In this document: piece by piece, positions 9,572 through 18,901 of the stretch
How the letters are laid out: each line of letters begins with the position of its first letter
Position numbering within the stretch: position 1 is the first letter of the stretch
Sequence record: LR877332
Direction: 5' to 3' (one strand)
From: Shigella phage vB_SsoM_JK08
DNA: 64,000 nt
Translations under genes and position numbers: made by a program
Notes under the pieces: model-generated
What the model saw: only the letters and a program-made list of their open reading frames with translations
What the model was told of the DNA's origin: nothing
The model's database searches: none

Positions 9572-10042
9572 TTAATCATGTGTCCACACCCCATCGGTAT
9601 TTGACCAAAGTCGCTGATTATCTGATCCTCGCCACAGCTTTTTGGTCGGAAGATTTTTCTCATACTTCCCATCAATAATAACATCAACATATTTAAGCAT
9701 TTCTAGTTGTTTAATATCTTCAAACTTATATCCTGTCCACAACCAAATGCTTTTATTTGGATAAAGATTTTTTACTGTTTGAACAATGCAATGAATAACA
9801 TCTCGATTATCAGGATAGAGAGGGTCTCCTCCAGTTATAGTTAATCCTTCTATATAATCATTATTCAAACATTCAATTAATTGTTCTAGTGTTTCACCAG
9901 TGAATGGAATACCATTTCTAGCATTCCATGTTGATTTATTATAACACCCTTCGCATTTATGCAAACAACCTGTAACGAAAAGAACGACCCTGCAACCAGG
10001 GCCATTCACAAAATCGCAAGGATAAAATCTATCATAATTCAT
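9572..10042 (-). CDS. nrdG: anaerobic ribonucleotide reductase activating protein (radical SAM)
   Basis: 156-aa ORF; Cys cluster CRVVLFVTGCLHKCEGC; overlaps nrdD stop. Confidence 0.9.
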   Translation of the reverse strand: MNYDRFYPCDFVNGPGCRVVLFVTGCLHKCEGCYNKSTWNARNGIPFTGETLEQLIECLNNDYIEGLTITGGDPLYPDNRDVIHCIVQTVKNLYPNKSIWLWTGYKFEDIKQLEMLKYVDVIIDGKYEKNLPTKKLWRGSDNQRLWSNTDGVWTHD

Positions 10043-11856
10043 TGGTGTTTAACCCTATGCATGATTTCTTTATTTTTACCGAGATTAAATCCGCGTTCGT
10101 TCGGATTTCCCAAATAACCGCACGTTCTTCTTATTGTGTTCATCTTTTTAGGATCAGTTTCTCCACAAATAGAACAAACAAACCCGTTTTCAGTAGGAGT
10201 CATTTCATGGGTACTTCCACACGTAAAACATTTATCTACTGGCATGTTAACACCAAAATAATCTAAATGTTGTGCAGCATAATCCCAGACAGCCTCAAGA
10301 CCTTTTAGGTTATTTTTCATATCAGGAAGTTCAACATAAGAAATGTGACCACCTGTCGCAATGAAATGATATGGGGCTTCGCGAGAAATCTTTTCAAACG
10401 GAGTAATATTTTCTTCTACTGAAACATGGAAACTGTTAGTGTACCATCCTTTATCGGTAACATCTTTTACACTTCCATATTTTTCTGTATCAAGTTTACA
10501 GAAGCGATAACAAAGGTTTTCAGCAGGAGTCGAATACAAACTAAAAGCAAACCCAGTTCTTTCAGCCCACTGTTTAAGACGAGCATTCATTTTAGTTAAA
10601 ATTTCTTGTCCAATATCACGACCGACAAGAATATTCAATTCATGAATACCAATGTATCCTAAAGACACTGAACTTCTACCGTTTTTAAATAACTCAATTA
10701 TGTCGTCATCAGGCTTAAGACGAACCCCGAATGCACCTTCTTGGTAAAGAATAGGAGCAACAGTCGCTTTAACTCCTTTTAAGGAACTAATTCTACACAT
10801 CAAAGCTTCAAAACATAAATCCATTCGCTCATTGAACAATTCAGTAAATTTCTGTTCATTGAACTGTGTTCCAATATAAGAATCCAACGCAATACGAGGA
10901 AGATTCAGTGTTACAACACCAAGATTATTACGTCCATCAAGAATTTCATTACCGGTTGAATCTTTCCACGCGCTCAAGAAACTGCGGCAACCCATTGGAG
11001 AAACAGGAATAGATGAGCCGGTGATAGCTTTATTGTTCTTAGCTGAAATAATATCAGGATACATCCTTTTGCTTGCACACTCTAGAGCAAGCTGCTTAAT
11101 ATCATAGTTCGGATCGTCTTTATAAAGATTAACACCTTCTTCAACGAACATAACAAGCTTAGGGAAAATAGGAGTTATCCCATCACGACCGAGACCTTTA
11201 ATACGATTTTTCAGAATTGCTTTCTGAATCATTCGTTCAGTCCAGTCAGTTCCCGTACCAAATGTAATTGTTACAAAAGGAGTCTGTCCGTTTGAACTAA
11301 AGAGAGTATTTACTTCATATTCATAAGCTTGGAATGCATCGTATACATCTTTTTCTGTTTTAGATTGAGCATAATTTAACGCATCAGCGATTTGCCATTT
11401 TTCTGCATCCTCAATATGTTTTGCATAGGTGCGTTTAACATAAGGAGAAAGTACTTTATCTACATTAGCAAAAGTCGTTCCGCCATATTGATGGGAAGCA
11501 ACTTGCGCAGTAATTTGTGCCATAATTGCAGTAGCAACGCCAATTGATTTAGGAGTTTCAATCTGTGCATTACCTAGCTTAAATCCGTTTTCAAGCATTC
11601 CTTTTAAATCTACTAAACAACAATTAGTAAATGGAAGAGCAGGGGAATAATCAATATCATGGAAATGAATAATTCCGCTTTCATGCGCTTTCATAATAAA
11701 AGACGGGACCATATTTTTGGCAATGTGTTTAGACACAATACCAGCCATAAGGTCCCGTTGAGTTGGAAAAACACGAGAATCTTTATTAGCATTCTCGTTT
11801 AAAAGGTCTTTATTAGTTTTATGAATCAATCCTTCAATTTCTTTTTCAATTGTCAT
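10039..11856 (-). CDS. nrdD: anaerobic ribonucleoside-triphosphate reductase (glycyl radical enzyme), uninterrupted
   Basis: 605-aa ORF; C-terminal glycyl radical motif RRTCGYLG and Zn-ribbon Cys pairs; single continuous reading frame. Confidence 0.93.
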   Translation of the reverse strand: MTIEKEIEGLIHKTNKDLLNENANKDSRVFPTQRDLMAGIVSKHIAKNMVPSFIMKAHESGIIHFHDIDYSPALPFTNCCLVDLKGMLENGFKLGNAQIETPKSIGVATAIMAQITAQVASHQYGGTTFANVDKVLSPYVKRTYAKHIEDAEKWQIADALNYAQSKTEKDVYDAFQAYEYEVNTLFSSNGQTPFVTITFGTGTDWTERMIQKAILKNRIKGLGRDGITPIFPKLVMFVEEGVNLYKDDPNYDIKQLALECASKRMYPDIISAKNNKAITGSSIPVSPMGCRSFLSAWKDSTGNEILDGRNNLGVVTLNLPRIALDSYIGTQFNEQKFTELFNERMDLCFEALMCRISSLKGVKATVAPILYQEGAFGVRLKPDDDIIELFKNGRSSVSLGYIGIHELNILVGRDIGQEILTKMNARLKQWAERTGFAFSLYSTPAENLCYRFCKLDTEKYGSVKDVTDKGWYTNSFHVSVEENITPFEKISREAPYHFIATGGHISYVELPDMKNNLKGLEAVWDYAAQHLDYFGVNMPVDKCFTCGSTHEMTPTENGFVCSICGETDPKKMNTIRRTCGYLGNPNERGFNLGKNKEIMHRVKHQ

Positions 11857-12326
11857 TTTAAACTCTTTCTAAGCTGCTTCTTAAATGAAGCTATTAATTG
11901 TGTTTTAGTGTCAGATTCATTATATTCAAATCCTCTTTGAAGCATCTCGGCCATCATTTCCTCTTTTCCTAAACGAGAAAATTCCTTTGATTTATCTCCA
12001 ACAAAGTTAGGGTGAATATTATTTTGGGTGTAATCGGATTTTAAATAAGTAAGTAAATTTTCTAACCATTCAAGATAATCAACACCTTGTCCCTTTAAGC
12101 CAGAACGATTAAATTTATGCTTCATTTGACCTTCTGCGGCATTGCATAGATTACAAAGCAATCCACGTACCTTTCCTGCTTTTGGTCCATTTAATTCATG
12201 GTCATGATCAAGATGATTAGCTTGAACATCAGGATTTAGTTCTCGTTGGCAAATTAAGCATTTACCGTTTTGTGCATTATAAAATTTCTGTTTTTCTTCT
12301 TTGTATAATTTGCCAGTCAATAACAT
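11853..12326 (-). CDS. 49: endonuclease VII (Holliday junction resolvase)
   Basis: 157-aa ORF; N-terminal Zn-binding CxxC...CNLC; matches recalled T4 gp49. Confidence 0.85.
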   Translation of the reverse strand: MLLTGKLYKEEKQKFYNAQNGKCLICQRELNPDVQANHLDHDHELNGPKAGKVRGLLCNLCNAAEGQMKHKFNRSGLKGQGVDYLEWLENLLTYLKSDYTQNNIHPNFVGDKSKEFSRLGKEEMMAEMLQRGFEYNESDTKTQLIASFKKQLRKSLK

Positions 12327-12334
12327 AATAAAAC

Positions 12335-12362
12335 CCTTACCTTAAATAGATAAGGGTATTTA
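12335..12362 (-). terminator. hairpin followed by T-run
   Basis: cccttac...ataaggg inverted repeat with flanking T/A runs. Confidence 0.3.
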
Positions 12363-12368
12363 TTATTT

Positions 12369-12545
12369 TTAAGTATTGTAAAACATTCGATGCAATCGTT
12401 TATACTGTCGAATCATCTTTTTAGTAGGACGAGAATAGGTTCCTACGCAAGTGGTCATATGAGGGTCCGTAGAATGTCCTTTAATAAAAAGTTTCCAAAC
12501 CTTACCGCCATTTAACTTTTCAGTATAAACCAATTCGGTTTTCAT
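12369..12545 (-). CDS. small hypothetical protein (58 aa) sharing its C-terminal module with the neighbouring 167-aa ORF
   Basis: ATG (RC of 12543-12545) to TAA (RC of 12369-12371); C-terminus IRQYKRLHRMFYNT encoded by the 44-bp repeat. Confidence 0.4.
   Translation of the reverse strand: MKTELVYTEKLNGGKVWKLFIKGHSTDPHMTTCVGTYSRPTKKMIRQYKRLHRMFYNT
12371..12414. repeat. 44-bp direct repeat copy 1 (encodes the C-terminus and stop of the small ORF)
   Basis: about 90% identical to 12584-12627. Confidence 0.8.
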
Positions 12546-12557
12546 TAAAATGTCCTG

Positions 12558-12586
12558 TCAGAAAAAGAATTTTGAGTTTTTTCAAG
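12558..12586. repeat. flanking direct repeat DR1 (tcagaaaaagaattttgagttttttcaag)
   Basis: near-identical to 12634-12659 with one mismatch and a 3-nt indel. Confidence 0.75.
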
Positions 12587-13085
12587 TATTGTAAAACATT
12601 TGATGCAATCGCTTATATTGCCGAATCTTTTGGTCAGAAAAAGAAATTTGAGTTTCAAGCCATTCAATGTACTCTGCGGCAGCTTGCATCAGGTTACCTT
12701 CATAGCCATCGTTATTTTCTTGTGCAGCTAATTTAGCTAATGCGTATGAAATACGTTCACCTTGAAAATCGGCTTTAGGCTTCTGAACAACTTGATTAGT
12801 TCGCTCTACAACTTCTTCAATTTCGCCATTTTCGACTGATTCAGTATTCCACAAGCACCAATACGTAATTGGCTTATCGTAGATGTTAATAATCTTTCCG
12901 TCGGAAAGTTCAATTTCAATAATTCCAGTGTCAGGCTCTATATCATCTTCACATTCTTTTACAAGTTCACGAACTTTAAAGACAGTACCTGCACTAAGTT
13001 CCGGCCAGTAATTACATAGCCCTGTATCAACACGATTAATTCTAAACCACTTATCTACTGTAATCATGTCCCATCTCCATATCAA
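12582..13085 (-). CDS. hypothetical protein (167 aa)
   Basis: ORF; C-terminal 14 aa encoded by the repeat module. Confidence 0.55.
   Translation of the reverse strand: MIWRWDMITVDKWFRINRVDTGLCNYWPELSAGTVFKVRELVKECEDDIEPDTGIIEIELSDGKIINIYDKPITYWCLWNTESVENGEIEEVVERTNQVVQKPKADFQGERISYALAKLAAQENNDGYEGNLMQAAAEYIEWLETQISFSDQKIRQYKRLHQMFYNT
12584..12627. repeat. 44-bp direct repeat copy 2 (encodes the C-terminus and stop of the 167-aa ORF)
   Basis: about 90% identical to 12371-12414. Confidence 0.8.
12634..12659. repeat. flanking direct repeat DR2
   Basis: matches DR1. Confidence 0.75.
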
Positions 13086-13189
13086 TTAAGTCATTTATCG
13101 TTGGTTCATTATATACTGTTTCTTCATCAGTGTAAACCGGTTCTTCCGGCTCTGGCTCTACAGTTTCCCATCTAGCCGCCCACCAAGGT

Positions 13190-13360
13190 TTAACCCCGAA
13201 GCTTATTAAGTTCTTCATAATCAATCCAGGATTCTAATCCTGATGGCAAATCAGATTCAATTTCCCAAAGAAGCTCTTCAATTTTCTGAAGACGATCTAG
13301 TTCTTCGGCTGGAATAGTAACCATTGACGGAGCTCGTGATACATTAATATCGTAAATCAT
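13190..13360 (-). CDS. small hypothetical acidic protein (56 aa)
   Basis: ATG at 13360 to TAA at 13190-13192; fills a gap between flanking ORFs. Confidence 0.3.
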   Translation of the reverse strand: MIYDINVSRAPSMVTIPAEELDRLQKIEELLWEIESDLPSGLESWIDYEELNKLRG

Positions 13361-13362
13361 AT

Positions 13363-13578
13363 TTACCCCAATTTAACCATACAATCGCCGTATTTCCACT
13401 TAGAAATAGACTTTTCACCATTAGAATAATAAACTTCGAGTTTAGCACGATTATTTTTAATTTGAATAACCTTGGCTGTCATCAAAGTTCCATACCCATA
13501 ATAAACTGCAACTTCATCACCTACATATACCGCGCTTCCGCGGTAATCATGAATATAGTCAGTTCCTTCGAGCATCAT
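13363..13578 (-). CDS. hypothetical protein
   Basis: 71-aa ORF. Confidence 0.45.
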   Translation of the reverse strand: MMLEGTDYIHDYRGSAVYVGDEVAVYYGYGTLMTAKVIQIKNNRAKLEVYYSNGEKSISKWKYGDCMVKLG

Positions 13579-13838
13579 TTAAAATATTCTCGCAGTTGGT
13601 CAAATCCACCAATATGACTTCCATCAGGAGCAAATACCTGAGGCATTGTCAAGCCGATTTGAGTATCACGACCTAGTTTAGTCAGAAGCTCAGCGATTTT
13701 CTCATCATCAAAAACACCTTTTTCCGGCATAATGTTGATAAATTCAAACGGCTGTTTCTTCACAGTCAAAAGACGTTTTGCATTATCGCAATACACGCAT
13801 TTATGAATGTTGCTATCATAACCATATACTTTAAACAT
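13575..13838 (-). CDS. nrdC: thioredoxin/glutaredoxin
   Basis: 87-aa ORF with CVYC active site; matches recalled T4 thioredoxin. Confidence 0.9.
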   Translation of the reverse strand: MFKVYGYDSNIHKCVYCDNAKRLLTVKKQPFEFINIMPEKGVFDDEKIAELLTKLGRDTQIGLTMPQVFAPDGSHIGGFDQLREYFK

Positions 13839-13839
13839 A

Positions 13840-14082
13840 TTATTCCTTAATTCCTAGTACTTGTTTAAAAGTCTCGTCGTAATCAAGACTTTGGCCCGTT
13901 TGTTCTTTATGTTTGTATATAATATCACTTACTTCTGATAGCATATTTTTATATGAACGAGTTAAAGCAGATTTAAGCACGCTGTATCTATCAGGAAATT
14001 TACCGTGTTCATTATAATAAGCTATTGCTAATTCACGGACTGCCTTTTCAGCAGCCTCCATATATTCTTTACGCTTGGTCAT
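13840..14082 (-). CDS. hypothetical protein
   Basis: 80-aa ORF. Confidence 0.5.
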   Translation of the reverse strand: MTKRKEYMEAAEKAVRELAIAYYNEHGKFPDRYSVLKSALTRSYKNMLSEVSDIIYKHKEQTGQSLDYDETFKQVLGIKE

Positions 14083-14084
14083 TT

Positions 14085-14474
14085 TTAATCCAAAATATTA
14101 TTAGGCATTGGTTGAACACTCACAAGTTCTTTAAAGAACTCAGTAGAGTCAGGCAATTTAACCATTTCCGGAGCATGCTTACTGAATTTATGTTTACATT
14201 GACGGCATTTATATTCAAGCTCTGGTTTACGCCAGTTAATCAACTGAACTTGTTCAGTACCGCATTCAGGGCAATTAGGAACGTTTTTAGAAGCTCTTTC
14301 ACGTCGTTCAACCATAGCCATAATAGCATCCCATGCTGGAGGGTTAAAATCTAAATCGTCGCAGCCGTGAATCTTTCCACGCATTTCCATATCATCTTCC
14401 TCACCAGCCATAATAATTTTAATTAAACTGGAATTACTTGAAGCTGCAATGTCTTCTAATAAACGCTTTTTCAT
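14085..14474 (-). CDS. zinc-ribbon protein
   Basis: 129-aa ORF with CPECG...CRQC Cys pairs. Confidence 0.55.
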   Translation of the reverse strand: MKKRLLEDIAASSNSSLIKIIMAGEEDDMEMRGKIHGCDDLDFNPPAWDAIMAMVERRERASKNVPNCPECGTEQVQLINWRKPELEYKCRQCKHKFSKHAPEMVKLPDSTEFFKELVSVQPMPNNILD

Positions 14475-15400
14475 TTCAATACCTCAATAGCATTACGTAA
14501 ACCATTTGCTTTTGCATTAAGAGCTTTTAACAATTTGGTGTGTTCGGCAATCTGGGCTTCAACTTCAATCAAACGAGCATTGAGATATTCACGTTCTTCA
14601 CTCAGGTTATCAACCTTTTCTACTTTAGGTTCTTTTACAACTTGCTTATATGTATTAGGGTTCTTCAGTTTAATTAGAATGCGTGAACTGTACAGCATTG
14701 AACCATTATCTTCGGTTTCGTCATACATTTCCACTACGTCCATCATCTCCACCATCGTGCAGAGTTTATAAGACAACGAACGAATAATTTTGTTGTGCTT
14801 ATTAATTTCTCTAGCTGTCATGGTGCCGAGATTACGTGAGTAATAATAAGGAACCTGGATATTAATTAATACTGATGAACCACCTGGCTTGTGTGTTACT
14901 TCATCAGCAATAACCCAATCCTTAACATGAACTGTATTTGTACGGTCATCGCCCGCGGTAAATAGTTTACGAGCATGCTTAAAAAGCATATTCACTTGGT
15001 CATTGAATTGACAAGCGAATTTATCAGCAAATTTAGTTTCGGGAATGGTAGATAACCAATCAGCCAAATGGGTCTTTTTAACATCGTTAACAATAGTAAA
15101 TTCAACCAAATCGGTTATAGATGTCGCAGTTTTAATGAATCTCGGCTTCATAAAGTTTTTAATGTTATCACTAGCTACAGTAGAAGATAACAGACGAGAA
15201 CGTTTAAACCATTGAAGCAAATTGCCTAACGAATGAGAATAAGCGTTTTGAGTATCTTTACAGATATGATTTTCCTGGCCAACATATTGAAGGAAATCAC
15301 GAAGAATATTATTGATTACTGCTCTGTGTCCGATCTGATAATTACGGTGTTTAGTAATAAGACTGTCAAAATAATCAATATAATGTTTACGAGTTTTCAT
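14471..15400 (-). CDS. hypothetical protein, paralog family member A (C-terminal coiled coil)
   Basis: 309-aa ORF; shares mid-protein motif and heptad-rich tail with the three upstream ORFs. Confidence 0.6.
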   Translation of the reverse strand: MKTRKHYIDYFDSLITKHRNYQIGHRAVINNILRDFLQYVGQENHICKDTQNAYSHSLGNLLQWFKRSRLLSSTVASDNIKNFMKPRFIKTATSITDLVEFTIVNDVKKTHLADWLSTIPETKFADKFACQFNDQVNMLFKHARKLFTAGDDRTNTVHVKDWVIADEVTHKPGGSSVLINIQVPYYYSRNLGTMTAREINKHNKIIRSLSYKLCTMVEMMDVVEMYDETEDNGSMLYSSRILIKLKNPNTYKQVVKEPKVEKVDNLSEEREYLNARLIEVEAQIAEHTKLLKALNAKANGLRNAIEVLK

Positions 15401-15452
15401 ATTCTTCTCACTTGGTTAATGGTTTATACTCCGAGCCATCCTTGGCTTTAAA

Positions 15453-16454
15453 TTACTTAATTAACTGTAAAGCTTGTTCAAGACGATCAAGACGATTAAC
15501 GGATTCTTCCCAAATCTTTTTAGCCTGCTCATATTCTTTCTGCGCTTTATTAGAAATTTCTAGAACTTCTTTATAAGCTTTTTCTAGTGCAATAACTTCT
15601 GGACGAATTTCTACTGGTTCAGGCGAATCGTCAAGACATTCCATTAGTTCCTCAAGGGTAGTTTCTTCTTTAGGAGTATTCACAATTTCATCACATTTTT
15701 GTTGGTAAATTTCTTTATCAGTCGGTGAGTACGCACACTTTACTTCACGGAGACTAACTACAATTTTATATCCTTCCCAACCGCATATATTCTTAAAAGG
15801 ATAAGTATGAATATTTTCTACTGTTTCCATACAAAGTAATGCGGTCTCTAACTGACGAGTTATATCGCTAGCAATTGAGAAAAATTTATTAATGTTCTTT
15901 TGATTAGCTTCTGGTGTAAAAAATTCATAATTCACAAAAATAGCTGCTTTATTTTTATCAAGCTCATATTCTTTTATGATAATCATATCAGAAGCCCAAG
16001 GATGGATTTGACGATAATCACCATAGCATAATTTAGAAGCTGATTTTAGAATTTGCTTCTTGAAAAGTCTAAAATTACTAATCCAACGACGAGTAAAAAT
16101 ATTCTCAGGGTCTTCTTTATTATTAAGATGATAAGAATTAACATCACCGAACCAACTGTATCCTACTACATCTTTAGTTCGTTTAATTTCTTTCCCAAAT
16201 TTACCAAGAATATCTTGATTAACTAAATATGAAAGAAGACGAGAACCTTTAAAAGTTTCCTTAATATCATCTTTATATTCGCGACTAGAAATTTTATGAA
16301 CTTCATGAATAAATTTGCTTGAAGAAACAATACTTGCATCAATATTATTGAGCCATTGATTGATAATGGAAATAACACTATTCTGACTAAACACAGGTTT
16401 AACTTTATCATCAATAACGCTATTGAATGATTTGATATATTCGTTACGAGTCAT
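15453..16454 (-). CDS. hypothetical protein, paralog family member B (start refined to internal ATG)
   Basis: ORF-track ORF 15453..16505; promoter -10 at 16483-16488 and GAGGAG RBS place the start at 16454 (333 aa). Confidence 0.6.
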   Translation of the reverse strand: MTRNEYIKSFNSVIDDKVKPVFSQNSVISIINQWLNNIDASIVSSSKFIHEVHKISSREYKDDIKETFKGSRLLSYLVNQDILGKFGKEIKRTKDVVGYSWFGDVNSYHLNNKEDPENIFTRRWISNFRLFKKQILKSASKLCYGDYRQIHPWASDMIIIKEYELDKNKAAIFVNYEFFTPEANQKNINKFFSIASDITRQLETALLCMETVENIHTYPFKNICGWEGYKIVVSLREVKCAYSPTDKEIYQQKCDEIVNTPKEETTLEELMECLDDSPEPVEIRPEVIALEKAYKEVLEISNKAQKEYEQAKKIWEESVNRLDRLEQALQLIK

Positions 16455-16482
16455 ATTAATCTCCTCAGTAGAAAGTAAGAAC

Positions 16483-16511
16483 ATTATACCACATCCTTGT
16501 GGCAAAGTAAA
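16483..16511 (-). promoter_or_regulatory. sigma70-type early promoter (-35 TTTACT, extended -10 TGgTATAAT)
   Basis: RC of 16483-16488 = TATAAT with TGG; 17-nt spacer to GTTTAC-like -35. Confidence 0.55.
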
Positions 16512-17531
16512 CTAGTTTAGTGCATTTAGTGCATTGTTCAGTTTAGAACGTTGCTTCGTAAGATTTTTGACTTTTTCTTGAGCTTTTTCTAGCATCTTTT
16601 CAGCTTCTAACACTTCATTAGTTGCTTTAACGAGTTCATCATCTACTGCCTTGATAGACTTCTCAATCGCATCCGCGTGCCATTTTTCAACAGGTTTAAG
16701 ACTCGGATTTTCAACAGGAAGAAAATTCACTTTATTGAATTTCCATGTATCTTTATTACCTGAACTATACATCCAAAATTTAGGATCGTTTGATGAGTAA
16801 TTGGATAAATTTAAGATATCTTGCACTTCCTGCTTTTTCTCTTGCGGGACTTCGTCCTTTCTCAAAAAATCGTATTTAAATGAAACGATCATATCAAGTT
16901 CATACGTTGTTGTATGTTCCCAATTTCGCTCAAAATGAGGTAAAATCTTAGACTGAACCGCGGCAACTACATCCATATACTTAAATGCTTCTGTCAACTG
17001 TGATTTAAGGCATTCACAAATTGAAAGAGAATTTTTTGTATTAGGTTTAAAGCTAATTCGTGCAGTTCTGTTATTTTCTTTTAATGGTCTTACTTCCATC
17101 TGAAGAGTATAACCATCAAATTTCAGATTCTTTAAGTTAATATCAGAACCTTTTAATCGACTAGCCGTCGACAAAATTTGCTTTAATTGTTTACGGAATA
17201 GAGCAATAAATCTCCACTCAATACGATAATGATTTGGATTAAAAAATCCTGTTGATAAATCAACCTTACTCTGACCAACGCCTTGAACAAATAGAGGATT
17301 TTTATAATCAATAGTTTTACAGAAATCGGTGAGCTGCTCACGAGCCGTCATTTGTGTAATATACCCCGCTTTACTAAAATGACGTAACCATTCACTGCTA
17401 TTCATATATTTAAAGTGAATATCACGATTAACTTTATCAGGGTCTAAATTATTTTGGCACAAAAATGTCATAACATCACGAGTATAACTGGCATTACGAA
17501 CCATATCTTCAATTTGAGAACGAGTTTTCAT
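16512..17531 (-). CDS. hypothetical protein, paralog family member C
   Basis: 339-aa ORF; motif WRFIALFRKQLKQILSTASRL resembles member B RRWISNFRLFKKQILKSASKL. Confidence 0.6.
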   Translation of the reverse strand: MKTRSQIEDMVRNASYTRDVMTFLCQNNLDPDKVNRDIHFKYMNSSEWLRHFSKAGYITQMTAREQLTDFCKTIDYKNPLFVQGVGQSKVDLSTGFFNPNHYRIEWRFIALFRKQLKQILSTASRLKGSDINLKNLKFDGYTLQMEVRPLKENNRTARISFKPNTKNSLSICECLKSQLTEAFKYMDVVAAVQSKILPHFERNWEHTTTYELDMIVSFKYDFLRKDEVPQEKKQEVQDILNLSNYSSNDPKFWMYSSGNKDTWKFNKVNFLPVENPSLKPVEKWHADAIEKSIKAVDDELVKATNEVLEAEKMLEKAQEKVKNLTKQRSKLNNALNALN

Positions 17532-17539
17532 GGTGTTCC

Positions 17540-18442
17540 TTAAGATTTAAGTAAATCAACAATTTTAATTAACTTTTCACGCTCAGATTTAGCTTTACTA
17601 CTCAATCCAGATAGTCTGAAAATTTCATCATCATATTGTTGAATAGAAATATTCAGCTCTTCAATTTGCTTATTAAAATAATCAATTTGCTCAGAATGTT
17701 TTTCATTACTACGAACTGGTACAGGTTTTGTAGGCAATTTAGTTGAACTGGATTCATCCGGGCGATAAATTAAAATACAATTTGAACCAATCGGGCATTT
17801 AGCACCAGACACATATTCTAGTGTTCCAGCTTCTTTTAAAACTTCAAAAGCTAAACAGAGATGATGACCCATATTGACATAATCTGTAGAGTGAGCTCTG
17901 ATATAATAATCATCTCCACGAGTACTAAATTTAAAGCATTTAAGGTCTTCTGTATTATTAGTTTTAAAAATCATTTGTTTATCTAGACCTTTAGCTAATC
18001 GAGCGCCTAATGCTAATAATCGTCGTTGATTTTCCCACAAATCTGCGATCATTTGGTCAAATGATAATTTCGGCATTAGTCGACCATAAAGGTCATATCC
18101 TTTATTATAATTGCGAAGGATTTCACTCGCATTAATACGAGACAACGCTCCAATTTTATTAAGGGCTTTCATGATGCGATTAGATAAACCCATTCCAGAT
18201 CCGTTTGTTCGTTGCAAATGTTTATCTAATCCAAACCCAATATCAACTTTAAATTTATCTAAAATTTCAGCATGAACATCTCTGTCAATAACATTCAAAT
18301 CCAAAGTTGGGTTAAATCTATGAAAAAATTTATCTGGCTCTCCACGACGAAGTACAGTCCATTCATTTAATTTTTTATTAACTAAAGATTTAATTACTGC
18401 ATTGACATTATTAATTACTACTGACATATTTTTCTCACTCAA
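17540..18442 (-). CDS. hypothetical protein, paralog family member D
   Basis: 300-aa ORF; similar motif RRLLALGARLAKGLD; coiled-coil tail. Confidence 0.55.
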   Translation of the reverse strand: MSEKNMSVVINNVNAVIKSLVNKKLNEWTVLRRGEPDKFFHRFNPTLDLNVIDRDVHAEILDKFKVDIGFGLDKHLQRTNGSGMGLSNRIMKALNKIGALSRINASEILRNYNKGYDLYGRLMPKLSFDQMIADLWENQRRLLALGARLAKGLDKQMIFKTNNTEDLKCFKFSTRGDDYYIRAHSTDYVNMGHHLCLAFEVLKEAGTLEYVSGAKCPIGSNCILIYRPDESSSTKLPTKPVPVRSNEKHSEQIDYFNKQIEELNISIQQYDDEIFRLSGLSSKAKSEREKLIKIVDLLKS

Positions 18443-18843
18443 TTTTCAATTTTACTAAATACACAGAATATGATGGAAAAGACTATATAAGCACCGCATA
18501 CAGATTGAACTAATACCATTCCAAAGAACCAAACAATATTATCAAACAATGTCTGTTTTACGTCGAAAGGACGTAAACTTACAGTAATATTATCGCCTTT
18601 TTCTATTGATGAATACATCTCTGGTGAAATATATTCACTAAATCTATAACCGTCTTTGAGTTCATATACGGCAATAAACGATAAACTAGACCCCTTTCCT
18701 TGAGTTCCTGTAAGGGTATTAACTACAGTAACATCATAATCTTTATAATGCATATAATCATTAATTGCATAATAACCATATGCAACTACTACACATAAAC
18801 AACATATCAATAAATTCAATCTTTTAATTATCAACTGTTTCAT
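18439..18843 (-). CDS. membrane protein
   Basis: 134-aa ORF with N- and C-terminal hydrophobic helices. Confidence 0.55.
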   Translation of the reverse strand: MKQLIIKRLNLLICCLCVVVAYGYYAINDYMHYKDYDVTVVNTLTGTQGKGSSLSFIAVYELKDGYRFSEYISPEMYSSIEKGDNITVSLRPFDVKQTLFDNIVWFFGMVLVQSVCGAYIVFSIIFCVFSKIEN

Positions 18844-18872
18844 AATAATCTCAATTAAAAGGGCTTAGAACC

Positions 18873-18901
18873 ATTATACCATCCTTGGTATAAAGCGGTT
18901 A
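18873..18901 (-). promoter_or_regulatory. extended -10 promoter (TGgTATAAT), weak -35
   Basis: RC of 18873-18878 = TATAAT preceded by TGG. Confidence 0.35.

Noticed and set aside
9466-9690. 74-aa minus-strand ORF overlapping the nrdG 3' end by about 120 nt
   Set aside because: Most of it overlaps nrdG in another frame. At best a 37-aa product from an internal ATG (about 9579) is possible, which is too weakly supported to annotate.
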